Program-made: the position numbers and the translations under genes
Source: Octopus sinensis
Lineage: Eukaryota
Direction of reading: 5' to 3'
DNA: 64,000 bases
NCBI RefSeq assembly: GCF_006345805.1
Contig: NW_021832428.1
Span: forward strand, 1-64,000
Part shown: positions 11,215 through 23,640 of the stretch, one piece after another
Position numbering within the stretch: position 1 is the stretch's first letter
Layout: the number at the start of each line of letters is the position of its first letter
The notes under the pieces: model-generated
The model's database searches: none
The model's input: only the letters and a program-made list of their open reading frames with translations
What the model was told of the DNA's origin: nothing

Positions 11215-11605
11215 CTAGGCGATAAACAAATCATGGATTGTTTTCCATAATACGTTTGATGGCCCAATGCACAAAAACACTCCAAAATCGTCAATAACAT
11301 ATGTTAAGCACTAAGTTCGACTTACTGAGAAATGACCTTTCGATCGTCAATCCCAAATTGTAATTAATTATCCTGATATGGACACCTTTTGTTTATAATA
11401 ATTGTCATCTCAGTCCACCTTAATGCGACAAAACATTAAATGAATGCATTTAGTAGAAAAACTAGCCTGCTAAAGTACAATTTGCCACCCACAGGGGGTG
11501 GTTGGTTGAAATCCTACCTCTGTAAGACAACTGGCTGTATCATTAAAACTCCTAACTTAGTCTGCAAATATAAAACAACGATGAAATAACCACACTTTAG
11601 TTAAG

Positions 11606-13652
11606 TCAGCGCCTCAAAAGAACAATTGCCTCCCAAAGGTTATTCAACAACTCGAGCATATCCATCATCACATCCATGGAGTCAGTAGAGACCAAACACG
11701 ACCTACAATCACCTGGCCACACCAACCTCACGACGACTCCCTCCCTCAACCGAACTTCGAATGTGAAAGGCCGTGGACAAACCATCCCCGAAATAGGAGA
11801 GGGAGGCCCATCCAGACTGTTGAGAAAGTCAATCCTTCGAATTGGAATCTAGAATGGACAACACACACAACCTTGCCAGAACGCTCATCCTCGGGGTAAT
11901 GCCACATCTTGAGAACTGCCTCACACATGAAACACCAACGTCGATCCCAACTCGAGTTGGACTCGCGGAAGGTCTATAAATCACGGCACAACACAACGAG
12001 GAAACATCTGAGTACTTTGGACGATATTATCGAACAGTCAAAGTTAAGTCCAATCAATCCATTCAACAAACAGGTGGAGGGAAGACGCGGAAGTTGTATA
12101 ATCCTCCGTCCATTCTCCTCCACGGACAAACTGACGGACCCCAACGACGCGAAGGATTTAGGCACAAAGCGATTACTCCTCCTCTCTACCATACACACAA
12201 GCACACTACTCAACAGGGGAGTCATTTTGGCCACCAAACTGTGCTTTTGTTGGGGGAGGACGAGGACAAACACTTCCAAGACCAGTTGGAAGTCAACGGG
12301 GAGGTTGGACAGTGTGAACTCGTCGGCAAAGAAGATGGAGGAGTGGCCAACAAACTCGGCAGACCACCTCATCTCGGTAGCCAGGACTGTGTGGCCATGT
12401 TTGAGCAAACACACATAATAGTGCGTTCTGTCGGACAGGGGCTGCTTCAATTGCAGTCGAATGTCATTCAGTTTAATAATAAAGCAAAAGGGATTCGACC
12501 TGAGAATCCTCCTCTCCAAATGTGTGAGAATTGCCCCCTTTCGATGTACTGGCAATCATCAATCTGACATATACTGGCCACCAACAGCAGACGAGAACAC
12601 TCGGCGTGGATGGACGGGGTGTGGTGCCTTCCACATGTCCCCAATGCCTTGATCACTTGGTTTATCACTCCCTCCTCTATTTCCAAGGATGCCCGGAGGT
12701 GTCCCTCTGTCAAGTCCTTTTCAGAATGGACTGTGTTGTGGACCACCTTCATCACTTGGGAGTGTTCCAGCATGTCTGAATACATCACAACACTCACCTT
12801 TCACTAGTTGGGATGACGATGGGTATATCGACTGATATTTCACTCCATCAGCACACATCACTATATCCCGCACTGTCGATGACACCTCCACATATGAATC
12901 CTTCAATGCAGACAAGTCACAATTACACTTCTCTCTACACATGTCTACCCATTTGCCCTCCATTTCTTCATCAGACTACAATATTCGTATAAATTTACAA
13001 TATTAGGCGAGTCTTTCACTGGTTGGGGTGACAAGTCTACCGATTGGCTCTCTGTGTCTTCATCAGACTACAATATTGGTCTGGATTTACAGTTTGAGGA
13101 GAGTCTTTCACTGGCTGGGATGACAAGTCAACCGATGGGCTTTCTGTGTCTTCATCAGACTACAATATTTGGCTGGATTTACAGTTTGAGGGGAGTCTTG
13201 ACAAGGGACATTTGATTGTGGGGGTCTGACTTCAGTTTGGTGGTATTTATCTCCAAGTAACTCGATTTGTCGCACTATTTCAGCTACGTGACCTTTAATT
13301 GGGCCACGTTCTTGCCTCTCTGGGGTAGCATGTTGGACATCTGCTATGTATTGGGGAAATTAGTACCCAAAGGGGGCTGAAACAGCTGTTCGGTGGGTTT
13401 TGGGGGGATTGGAGTGACGAATTTGAAAGGATTGTGAATTTGTTTGGTCTCTTTTCTGGGGCTGGGGACGTTTTCTTTGTTTTGTGGTGTTTCTGGAACA
13501 ACAGATGGTTGTCTACAAATGTATTGAGTTATTCACTTTGGGATGTTCATTTCGCTGTCGAATAACTGTATTTTGTCTGCCAAATATCTTAATCTTGCAC
13601 GTCGCTCTGATAAAATGCGCTCATATTTCTGAATGTAGTTACTATCATCCAT
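11606..13652 (-). CDS. ANLN: Anillin-like protein (multi-exon; boundaries approximate)
   Basis: The N-terminus has ERILSERRARLR. The anillin homology region has NQVIKALGTC...AECSRLLLVAS and YYVCLLKHGHTVLAT...FTLSNLPVDFQLVLEVF. The PH domain has WDRRWCFMCEAVLKMWHYPEDE. Confidence 0.75.
12965..13200 (-). repeat. 92-bp tandem repeat (69-nt exon plus 23-nt intron) inside anillin
   Basis: Units start at 12965, 13057 and 13149. On the minus strand the introns are GTAAAT...ATATTGTAG and the exons encode SDEDTES.SVDLS.QPVKDSP. Confidence 0.8.
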
Positions 13653-13867
13653 CTGTATGAAACACCACTAGAAAAATTATATAACTCTAAGTGCCCGCAT
13701 TTTATTTGAGTTAAAAATAACTTATTAAAAATCAAGATTAAATACACATTTTAATTAAACAAAAAACTTAATATTCAAACACAAATACTGTAAATAAAAA
13801 AACAAGAAAAACGGATACAACAACCGGCTTAACTAGAGTATAAAAGAGTGTTAATTCTACACAATAA

Positions 13868-14340
13868 ATGCTGACTTTCGAGGAGAATGTGAAAGAAGCC
13901 TATTTGAGCATCCAATCAAAGCAAGACACAGTGATGTGGTTACACAAATGAGTGACTCCAAGGGCCACGTTCTGTTACTACTCCGACAACCGAATTGGGG
14001 TGTCCAAGACAGGCGTGGACTACCAGGACTTTGTGGACGACTTTGATGGTCCCCCACTCACTCATTCACAGACCACAAACGCATGTACGGATTCGTCAAG
14101 ATCTTCACTGGGGACCAATTCACTGTCCGCACTAAGTTTGCCTTCGTCACGTGGATTGGCGATGAGGTCCCTCCTCTCAAAAAAGCACGTGTTTCGGTCG
14201 ATAAGGGCAGAGTGGCCAAGTTATTCCCGGTATATTGGCCTTGTAGGGATTTTTAGAATTGTTCTATTTCCTTCACCACCAACGACCGAGACGATCTTCA
14301 AAAGTCCAGTCTCGATGAAATGGTTTCCCGGAGAATCTAA
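13868..14340 (+). CDS. COTL1: Coactosin-like (ADF-H) protein
   Basis: After removing 24, 23 and 27-nt introns the protein reads ...RMYGFVKIFTGDQFTVRTKFAFVTWIGDEVPPLKKARVSVDKGRV..., typical of coactosin. Confidence 0.8.
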
Positions 14341-14427
14341 ACTAATAATAATAATAAGATTATTTAATTAAGTACAATATTAATAATATTAATTTATTTT
14401 ATTATAAACGTTAATTCTTGTGTGACC

Positions 14428-14871
14428 ATGTTGTGCTTGTTTGTTAATAATGTTAAGGAATCAAACAATTCCCCTCAAAGACAGACCCCGTTCAATGCTC
14501 ACCGAGGATGAGATTGCAGAGTTGGAAAAACAGGAGTTTGAAGTCGGTCCCTTAAGCCTTCTGACCCAAGCGGTTCGTCAGAATAAGCAAGTGCTGATAA
14601 GCTGCCGAAACAACAAGAAACTATTAGCCCGAGTGAAGGCCTTTGATCGGTCTCCATTAAATATGAGTGTTATAGACATTGTAACATGGTCCTCGAAAAC
14701 GTGAGAGAAATGTGGACGGAAGTGCCCAAGTCTGAGAAGGGACAAAAGTCCAGGCCTGTCAACAAAGACCGGTGTTATTGCCCGTCCTTAGTTTATAGTT
14801 ATATTTCCAAAATGTTCCTCAGAGGGGACACCGTCATTGTCGTCCTCAGCAATCCTGGGGCTTCTCTTTAA
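14428..14871 (+). CDS. SNRPD2: Small nuclear ribonucleoprotein Sm D2
   Basis: Introns at 14433-57, 14650-75 and 14772-98 give [50 protein letters not shown]...[10 protein letters not shown]. Confidence 0.95.
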
Positions 14872-16682
14872 TGTTCGTTTTACTTTTTGATTAGAACGAT
14901 TTCTTTTTTTATTTTTTAAAGACAGGTGTAGTAGTAGACAAGTCAAGCGATATCTTTTAGAATGTAAAAACTACTCCTTTTTTGTGTCATCCCCTAATGT
15001 CAAAACAATATTTCTATCTACACTGTATATTTGCAATGAGGTCGTATTTGCGGAGTTTCTCGACTTTCTGTAGTTTAAAAGTTTATAGAGACAATCTTCT
15101 TTTGATAAGTGTTATTCTGACAGGTTTAGGTGGAATATATTGTTTAGTAAGACTTGGACAGGACACATTGGTAAGAACTAGGATAAATTAACTACACAAC
15201 TTATGTTAGTCTGTGGTTATCAAAAATATGCTTGTATGTGGGAATACCGAGAATATCTATAAAAATGTGAACAAATTATTCCTTGTTATAGAATGGGTTT
15301 CATTTAGTTGTCGATCTAAGAATTTTAATAAATTTATTTTGAGATTTTACTCATTTAAATGTGAAGTATTGAAAGCGTTAAAAAGATGAGTTAGTAAAAT
15401 TTGAATAGTTAATTTTGTTTCAATTCAAAAGCGACTTTAGTTAAAATCAAATTTTTTTACTATGACCATGCAGAATTATTAAAAATGAGTGGAATTTATA
15501 TTTTTAATTTTCCCAATATGATTATTATTCTATTAGGTTCGCCCTCTTATCGGCCAAAAAAATAAAAACTGTTTTTCACATGTGAATAAAATATATAGGT
15601 TTCAATAATAATCATGTATTTTTATGATTAATCAACGCCGCTGAATTATATTTTCCAATAAAAAGTATTGTTTTAAAGCAACCGGGTCTAAATGAAAACC
15701 CTCTTTTAAAATACAAAATTACAAATTATAAAAATCTACTAAAAGATGGATTTCTTCAATAAGTATGGTCACAAAACCAATTTGGGCGCTATTTGACATT
15801 ATTAAGAAATTCTCTTTGATTATAACTCCACCGTAGCGGCGGACAAAATGATCAAAAACGAAAGTGGAAATATGACTAAGATCCAATAATTGGAAAAATC
15901 GTGTAATTATAAAAACTGATTTAGTCGCAAATCAAACAAAACTGCCTCTTTATGATGGGCTAAATGCTACACTGTATTATGTCGCTTCAATCTATAATAA
16001 TGCCCGTATTATTCCATGGTGGCTACATATCACCTATCAATCTATTATAATGCCTGTCTAGTGACTGTAAAAATTAATTGCATTGGATTCTAATCAATAA
16101 CCGTTTCAACAATAAAAAATTTATTAGAATTAAGCGTCTATGTTTTTTTAGAATATAAAATAAATCAGTAGTTGATTGTATGACAAAATTTGATTAATTT
16201 CAGCTGTTTCTCCATATGGAGATTCAAATCTGTTTAGCTACGGTGAAGGATTTGTCACATAATCTTTTAAAAGCGAACCTATCAATTATTCACTAAACAT
16301 ACTTCATTTCCAATTGAAAAAATTTTTTTTTGAAAAATTGTATTTCGATTGATGAACATTCATCTTTTTATTCATCCGTTTAAAATACGATAAATTTAAA
16401 TTCTGTGGAAAAAAATTTAATACAAAATCAGTATCATCTATGTTTTTGAGCATACTTTATACAAAATTTACATAAAACATCTGAAATATTTTCTACATTC
16501 AAATGGTGGATAGAAATCATCCAAACCCCCACTTTCCTTAAAATTTAAAAAATTGAAAAACTTTTATATTCATGAATGACTGTGTTTATGCCAGAAACTC
16601 CTCTTAGTTTTTCAAATGGTGTTTGGTTAATTAAAGAATGAATAGTTGTGTTAGATCCAGTGGTTCTTTTCTATTTCATGAA

Positions 16683-17762
16683 TCACGAAAATAGGCACAT
16701 TGCACGATTGCGTCTAAAAATTCGTCGAATGCGTTGTCCAAATGGCTCACTTGCCTTCTCCATAAAAATTCTACAAATTAAATCTGAATATTTAATACCT
16801 GCAAAGTATTCACCCATATAGTGGCGTGCGGTTCCTCTTTGTCTCTTATTGCGCCATTTTGCGTTCCTCCACATTCTATATTTTTGTATATAATTTTTGC
16901 TACACGAACCTCTCAACAGTCTGGGTATGTGCACGGTCTCCGGGTCTACAAAATTTCGTCTGCAAATTATAAATGAATTATAATAAACTTGTGATTTACT
17001 GTAAGATGCACATATCCAAGAGCAGTTAGATCTGGGGTTGAATAACCTATTAACAAGAATAAAGTAATTACAATTACCCTTCCATTTGTCAGAGTGTATC
17101 ACTGAACCCGGTGCGATATTTCGCTGTATCGCTGCGGTTAACGTTCTTTTGGAGCGATCTGGTACCATCTCCAGGAAACAGTCTTTTGTTCCACGACAGA
17201 TTCCCCCAAACACCCATTGTTGAGGGAGAATCCGTCCCGCATTATTTTTTCTTTTCGAAAACATACTTTCGTCAACTTCTACGACATTTTCAATTCCACC
17301 TATGCAATCTAATAATGTAATATAACAATCAGTTTGTTCGGACAATTTGCTAAATATGCAGCACATACTTCCCGCAGCGAGTGAGACCAATTACATATCG
17401 TTTGGCCACTCCATTCCAGTTGACGCCTACACCATAAAATGGTGTGTCTGTCGAAGCTCCACATATAAATAAAACGAATACAAGATTCTAAGGACACTGT
17501 CGTGCCTTCGAGCCACGTACCTAAAAATAAAGTACTCTCTTATTACACCGTTTCGGACAGAACTTGAAATTCGACACTCGCTTTTATCGCACACCCAAGT
17601 TGTACCATCTCGCTCTAAGATCATCGGATGTCTTTTGGCGCATTTCTTTTCGGTTGGAATGATTCCAACCTCCTGAAGGAAGGCTACGGACTCCATCTCA
17701 GAGCGAGGGAGTTCGAAGTCCTTCAATTTTGCGTATTTTCTCATCCCAACGTGACCGTCCAT
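16683..17762 (-). mobile_element. Merlin (IS1595/ISXO2-like) transposase gene with micro-introns, frameshifted
   Basis: Motifs VVEVDESMFSKRK...QQWVFGGI, IHSDKWKGY, HLTVNH, ERMWR and AEFLWRR are joined by 27-34-nt GT-AG introns. There are two 1-nt deletions. TIRs were not identified. Confidence 0.8.
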
Positions 17763-17889
17763 CCACACAACCGATTAAAAAATTCAAAATTTTATTTAAA
17801 AAAATCTATAATAATATTTACAAAATCGGCATAGTTCATTTTTTTAGTTTTTCCTCTAATATTTAAATAAATTTTCATTAATTAATTTG

Positions 17890-18323
17890 GCCCTCTTGGC
17901 TGAAGAGTATGCCCTGGATACTGGAATTCAGCCGTCGTGGGTTCGAATCCAGAAGAGGCTACTTTGGAGTCGGGGTTAATCTCGTCGAAGTTCCTTTGCC
18001 CGTGAGGTGACGAGTACATCTGGCACGACACAGTATGTCAAAAAGGGATCTCCTTCCTATCCGGCCTTAGAAAGGCGTTACGTGGTCCACCAAATTCACT
18101 TGGAGATTTCGACTGGATTTGGAAACGCCGAGGGGGCACCTAATGCTCACCGAAAAAGGACCAATAGCTCTCCTACCCCTGGGACATCGTCGTCGCAGGA
18201 CGATGCACTTTGCATAGGATTGAACCTTCCGGAGGATCTCCGTCGAAGTGCGTCGGGATCACATGCTAATTAGTTCGGTCTTAACTGTGGTCTTGGTGTT
18301 TAATAAATAAATAAATAAATAAA
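17890..18323 (+). mobile_element. tRNA-derived SINE
   Basis: It has a tRNA-like head with A box TGGCTGAAGAG and B box GTTCGAATCC (17941-50), paired ends CCTCTT/AAGAGG, a GC-rich body and a (TAAA)n tail at 18304-18323. The anticodon loop is non-canonical and no TSD was seen. Confidence 0.7.
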
Positions 18324-18609
18324 GTGCCTATTTTCGTGATTCATTAAATAGAAAAGTACCGATCAAGTTTGTGGCTGAATCTTCACTCATGAGCTTTGAA
18401 AAATTTCGTATCAAAGTTAAAGTCTTGGAATTCGTGTCGATGTCTTCTGGGAATCGTTCATTTGGTCTTTTGGCAATCACATGAATCACGATTTTTATAT
18501 AGATCTAATTTTCTAAAAAAATGTTTCTGATATGCTTTTCGCGCCTCACCATTTGGAAACCTTTGCTAATAAAAAAAGGCTGATAGTCAATATTTTTTTC
18601 AATTAAAAT

Positions 18610-19970
18610 TAGGTTATTGTCTGTATGTTATAATCAAGTTTTTAACTTCACGATTTTCGTCTAACCAGCAATCGAAAAAATTAGGCAATATTGTCCTGCA
18701 ACTCATTATCCTCCTAGCAAATTCACTCCGAATTTGTATTACGCTTTCGACCACGAGAGGATGTGCTATCAAGATAGTTGAAATATTTACTGACCAAAGT
18801 CTTTCATCATTTGGATATATTCATAAAATCTTTCTTCATACTCAGCGATAATATTTGAAATTTCGTCAAGGAAAAAGAAAGCTTTTTTTGCTGTTTGGCG
18901 AATATGGTCGCGATAGTCCTGCAAATTAGTTTAGTAATTTTACTTGTTTTCCAACTTTCTGTGCATATACTATTTTGCCGATGTTTAAATATATTTTTTT
19001 GACTTGATTCCTGCGGATTCGTTCATTTAAAGAATGCTCAACTCTCTTAAAAATGATTAAAACCTACAAACTTTATCCAAAATTGGTTCATCAGTGAATT
19101 CTGAATTGTATTCAAAACTTTGATCATTTGAATGAATTTGATATTGCTATTCAAATTAAATAAATTCAAAATAATTTTTACATTGGGAGGAGAACTCAAC
19201 ATTGGCAGAGTAATACTTCTATTCGCATTGATTTGTTTATTCTATTTTAATTAATATAATTAAGGACTCTTGAATGAATAGTTGGAAATGATTTAATCAT
19301 CTGACAAAATTCAAAATAATGAAGTTGATCTGAATTGGGATTCAAATTAACTTGATTATTCTATTTAAATTAATATAGTTAAAAACTGTGGAAAATATAT
19401 TTCGCCTTGGTTCATTCTTCTGAACAAATTCTAATCCATAGAATGAATCTAAATTGGTATCTAAATTAATTTGATTATTCTATTAAAATTAATATAATTA
19501 AGGACTCTTGAATGAATATTTCTTCTTGATTTATTCATCTGAGCATATTCCAAATCAAGAGGTTGATCGAAATTAGGATCAAAATCATTTTGGTTATTCT
19601 ATTGAAATTTAAGCTAATCAAATAATCACTACATTGTAAGAATTGTAAAAATTTTGGTTATTCATGTCATAATAATATTCTCCAAAAGGTTCATCAAAAT
19701 ATTGATTTTTATTCATTTCATCAAACTATAATTACATGAAATAATCATGCCGTAGAACGCTCATCAAAAATTCGTCCATGTTGATTTCCATAATATGATA
19801 ATGGTCCATCAATAGACTTCATTCGGATCTTATAATTCTGATATTCTTGATAAAACTGGTTATTCTATTTAAATTTAAGAGAGTCATAAGTAATTAATAC
19901 CCCTGGAACAAAATTTTCTATCCAGGTGTCGCTTGAAGTTTCCATTTCAACATATTCATTGTTTGTGGCG
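18610..19970 (-). CDS. Uncharacterised N/Q/Y/D-rich repeat protein built from 93-nt exons (ends uncertain)
   Basis: Phase-0 introns at 19242-67, 19361-86, 19480-505, 19599-632 and a GC-AG intron at 19726-50 separate 31-codon exons (e.g. NNQNDFDPNFDQPLDLEYAQMNKSRRNIHSR). The frame continues into a non-repetitive C-terminal region. Confidence 0.6.
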
Positions 19971-21287
19971 TCTAGAAAATTAATATTTTAATAATAAGTT
20001 TGAACGAATTATATTCATTCTCGACTTAATTTTCGGCGCTGGTTTATATTGTTATATGAAATAAATATATTGATAATAACGATCAGGAAATGATTTGCTA
20101 GCTTAAATACGATATTATAATTACAATATTAAATATTCTTGGTAAATAATAATTACTAGACCCCTCAAAAATTATCACACAGAATTATCGATTATAAAAT
20201 AATTTTGTTTTAAAGTATGTTTTATTCATTAATTGGACGCTGTATCCCGGCCCATGAATCTTGCAAGAAGAAGCGGATTGAAAACAAAGAGGAGGAAGCT
20301 GGAACCAAAATTATCATAAGATATTTCTCTATTTTAATTATTTTACCAATTTTGATGAAATGCAATAATATTATGCATTGATTCACGATCTATATACGAC
20401 TGTAAAAAAATATAAGTTATAATTTAATAGACAATCTATAATTACACTCTTTAAACATTAATAATCTGCTTAAAACTTTACAGAATTGATCTAATAGACA
20501 ATCAAATATAAAATTAAATTGTTTGAATAACAAATTTCTTTAATATTTTATTATTTTTAAAACAGATTCTGACGGTTGTGTAAATCAAGATAGTAATTGT
20601 AGAAATTAATAATTAAAATATTAATCAATATCATACTGATTTCTGAAGAAATAAACAATTGTCTGCTATAGTTAGAATTAAACAAACATATTTCCAGAAT
20701 GATTTACACAATATTTATTATTCCATTCAATCAATTTATTATTTGAGTTTCACTTTATATGATTGTATATAATTTAGTTAAACATTCTGATTTTGGCCCA
20801 AATCGATCGGGAGAATGCTATTTAAATCTTATGTCACTTTTTTGTAAAGTTCGTATTTTTATATTCATTACACATATTGACAGCCTAAATGCGGATTTTA
20901 TTCAAATTAATAACTAGTCAATCATTTCCGATGTATTAATTTATATTAACCCAAAAAATAGTCGACAGCCTAAATTAATCCCTACTTATATTACGAGATG
21001 TACAAATTCGTTTTATTGTATAGATAGGTATAACGAAATATTTCGAATTTATCTAAACCAATAATAATTTTAAACTTTGACATTAATGCTGGTTGATTTT
21101 TTTAAAAACGGGAAGTCATTTATTATAAATACAATCGAACCCTGCCGCAACAAAAACCTTGGGGCTCTTTCGCTTTTTCGCTTTTTGGACGGTTTTATTT
21201 TCAGTACATTTTTCATCAAAATTTGAAAATTATCAAAACCCCACTATGGGCACTTTACTATTTTTTTTTCTTTTCTGAATAATATTA

Positions 21288-22833
21288 TGTCGCGACCCAC
21301 GCTGGCGACCATCCCACGCTGGCGACCAGAGCGACCTTCATTGTTGACAAGATTGACAGGGCGACCTACATAGTTTGACACTAATTACTGACTAAAGATA
21401 ATTGCTAAAAAATCAAAAAAACTTAACATTTTTTATCTCTATTCATAGTAACTATTTCGTAATTCGAACTAAATTTTGTTAGGAAAAACAACTAACCATT
21501 AATCTGTGTTTAGACATTATATTTTTTACTTTTCCCTTTTCTTCATATGGGGATTCAAATCTGTGTAGCTTTAATGACGGATTCGTCCCACAATCTTTTA
21601 TTATTCGTTTCTAAAAATAAATACATCGTAAATTTACCATTAAGTTCATCTTCGACAAACGATACCTCGTTATTTTCATCTAAATTATAAATAAGATTAT
21701 AACCTGGTATTTCATGAATCACAGTGTTAATTCCAGAAATACCCCTAAACTTTTGAAGGGGGTCTAATTGATCGCCGAGTGGTGTGTCGTATTATAGGAA
21801 AAAGTTACTTTGTCTAAAAATTGTTTCCAATTTTTACGTATTTTTTTATGTAGAGAAATTGTACAATAAGACCGGTTTCAGTAGCATGTTGTATAATTTG
21901 ATTTTTAAAGAGGTCGAAATTTGTTCGTAATATGTCCGCCGTATTGTTTCCAATTTTTAGTTCCTTCTTTATCCATAAGTTTTGCCATAGCACGTGTCAA
22001 TATTTAGTTAAAGCGCTCAATTACACCCTAATTTATTTCAAATTTATTCCTCGCATAGTTGAGCCATAAGTTGGTTTTTGAATTCCAACCTGTTGTCCGT
22101 TTGCAAGATCTGACAATATCCAATTTGATAAAACAATTTTTGGAATTTATTCACCACTTCTTCAATTAAATTTCAAGTCTTACCAGTAGCAGTTTTATTT
22201 TTTAAAGATTTGCAGACAACAAATTTGCTGTAGATGTCAATAATTGTCAGTATCCAATTAGATCCATCGTTAAACTCTTGATATCTTCTAACATCAATAA
22301 GACCCGCCTGGAATCTTTCGTTGGGTTTTCCTGCAGTTACATGGTAATTAGAATCCGACACCTAGGTATATTTTTTTTAAATACTTTCAATGGTAGGGCA
22401 AATTTACAAATTTCACAGTCTTTTATAATTTGTTCGATGATTGGACGTTTTACAGTGAAATAGAATTCACTGCACTTTTTCTGAAGCTTTCGTATTCCCC
22501 AGTGGGATTCTTGGTGAATGGCGAATGCTAGTGTCCTCATCTCCATTTCATTGTCCAGACAAATGACCAAATTGTGTTTTTGGTTATTCTCGTCCTTTAG
22601 ATAAAGACTATGAGTTAGGAGTCGCAAATATACCGATCATTAATAATGATAAATTGAGTCGCTTTTTTCATGCTAACATCTTTTGAGAGAAACCATATTT
22701 TTTTTGTAAAATGACGCTAAACCATTTCTTAAAATGAATTTTTTCCGGTTTAAATCACCTGTCAAACTGAAGGTCATGACCTGTCAAACTGATGGTCGCC
22801 AGCGTGGGATGGTCGCCAGCGTGGGTCGCGACA
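21288..22833 (-). mobile_element. Ginger2/TDD-like integrase DNA transposon, degenerate
   Basis: It has 41-bp TIRs TGTCGCGACCCACGCTGGCGACCATCCCACGCTGGCGACCA, TG...CA ends and a 5-bp TSD TATTA (21283-87, 22834-38). The internal remnant has H..H...C..C and an rve core (WILTIIDIYSKF, LQTDNRLEF). Confidence 0.85.
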
Positions 22834-22838
22834 TATTA

Positions 22839-23640
22839 TTTTTGAACACTTGATACTTATCTTTGTGTAATGCATTCCAAGATTTCTATTGAAACAAATT
22901 AAAATTGCAAAGTGTCTACAAACTTCATCTGAAAGAGAAGTTGTAAAAAAATTCAAGATAAGCAAAGGCACTATTTGCCGAATAAAAAAAAACATTTCTT
23001 CTTTTATTAATACAGGATCAGTCATTTCAAGATTAGTTCAAATAGATGAAGTCAACAAGTTTCTCTCACAAGATAGAAAAATACTTTTAATGATGGATAA
23101 TGCTACATGCCATTCTTTATTGGAATACTCAAATGTTAAATTGTTTTTTCTTCCGAAAAACACAACATCTTCGATTCAACTTCTAGACATGGGTATAATA
23201 AAATGTTTTAAAGTGTATTACACAAACTTCCCAACTGAATTTATGTTCAATTTGAAAGAAGATACAACAATTAATCCTAAATCTTTTAAAAATATAGATA
23301 TGCCACAGATTATGGTACTTATTAGAAAAACATGGATGGAAGTCAAAGAAACAACAATAATTAATTGTTGGAAGAAAATTGAAGAAAGTAGAGAAGAAAA
23401 AATTGCGGAGAAGAAGTCCTGGAAGAAATAATAACTGAAGTAATATTTGAAGAAAACCAAAATCTAGTCAACAGTCGCGAATTTTATAATGGAATTGGGA
23501 CAGAGGACAAAACAACAATATTAGAAACGTATGAAATGATGGATAAGTTGGAAAATGTAGCGCAAAACACATTTTTGAGACACTCCAAAAATATTATGAG
23601 TTTAGATTTCAACTTGGAAAGGATATAAGAAAAATTTGAA
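22839..23640 (+). mobile_element. pogo/Tigger transposase remnant (HTH fused to DDE by internal deletion)
   Basis: ORF 22889-23431 has KISKGTICRIKK, ILLMMDNATCH, FLPKNTTSSIQLLDMGIIKCFK and TIINCWKK. A possible left TIR TA|CAATCGAACCC lies at 21130, upstream of the Ginger insertion. Confidence 0.8.

Noticed and set aside
12965-13200. CRISPR-like repeat-spacer array
   Set aside because: The units are similar over their whole length (no unique spacers), sit in a eukaryotic coding gene and are explained by exon-intron duplication. The same applies to 19240-19630.
15537-15560. GGTTCGCCCTCTTATCGGCCAAA as a Merlin TIR
   Set aside because: Only TTTGGCC is found at the other side (17886), and no remainder or TSD occurs beyond the SINE.
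17890-17961. Functional tRNA gene
   Set aside because: The anticodon loop is not 7 nt, the acceptor stem is imperfect, there is no T-run terminator, and it continues into a SINE-like body and tail.
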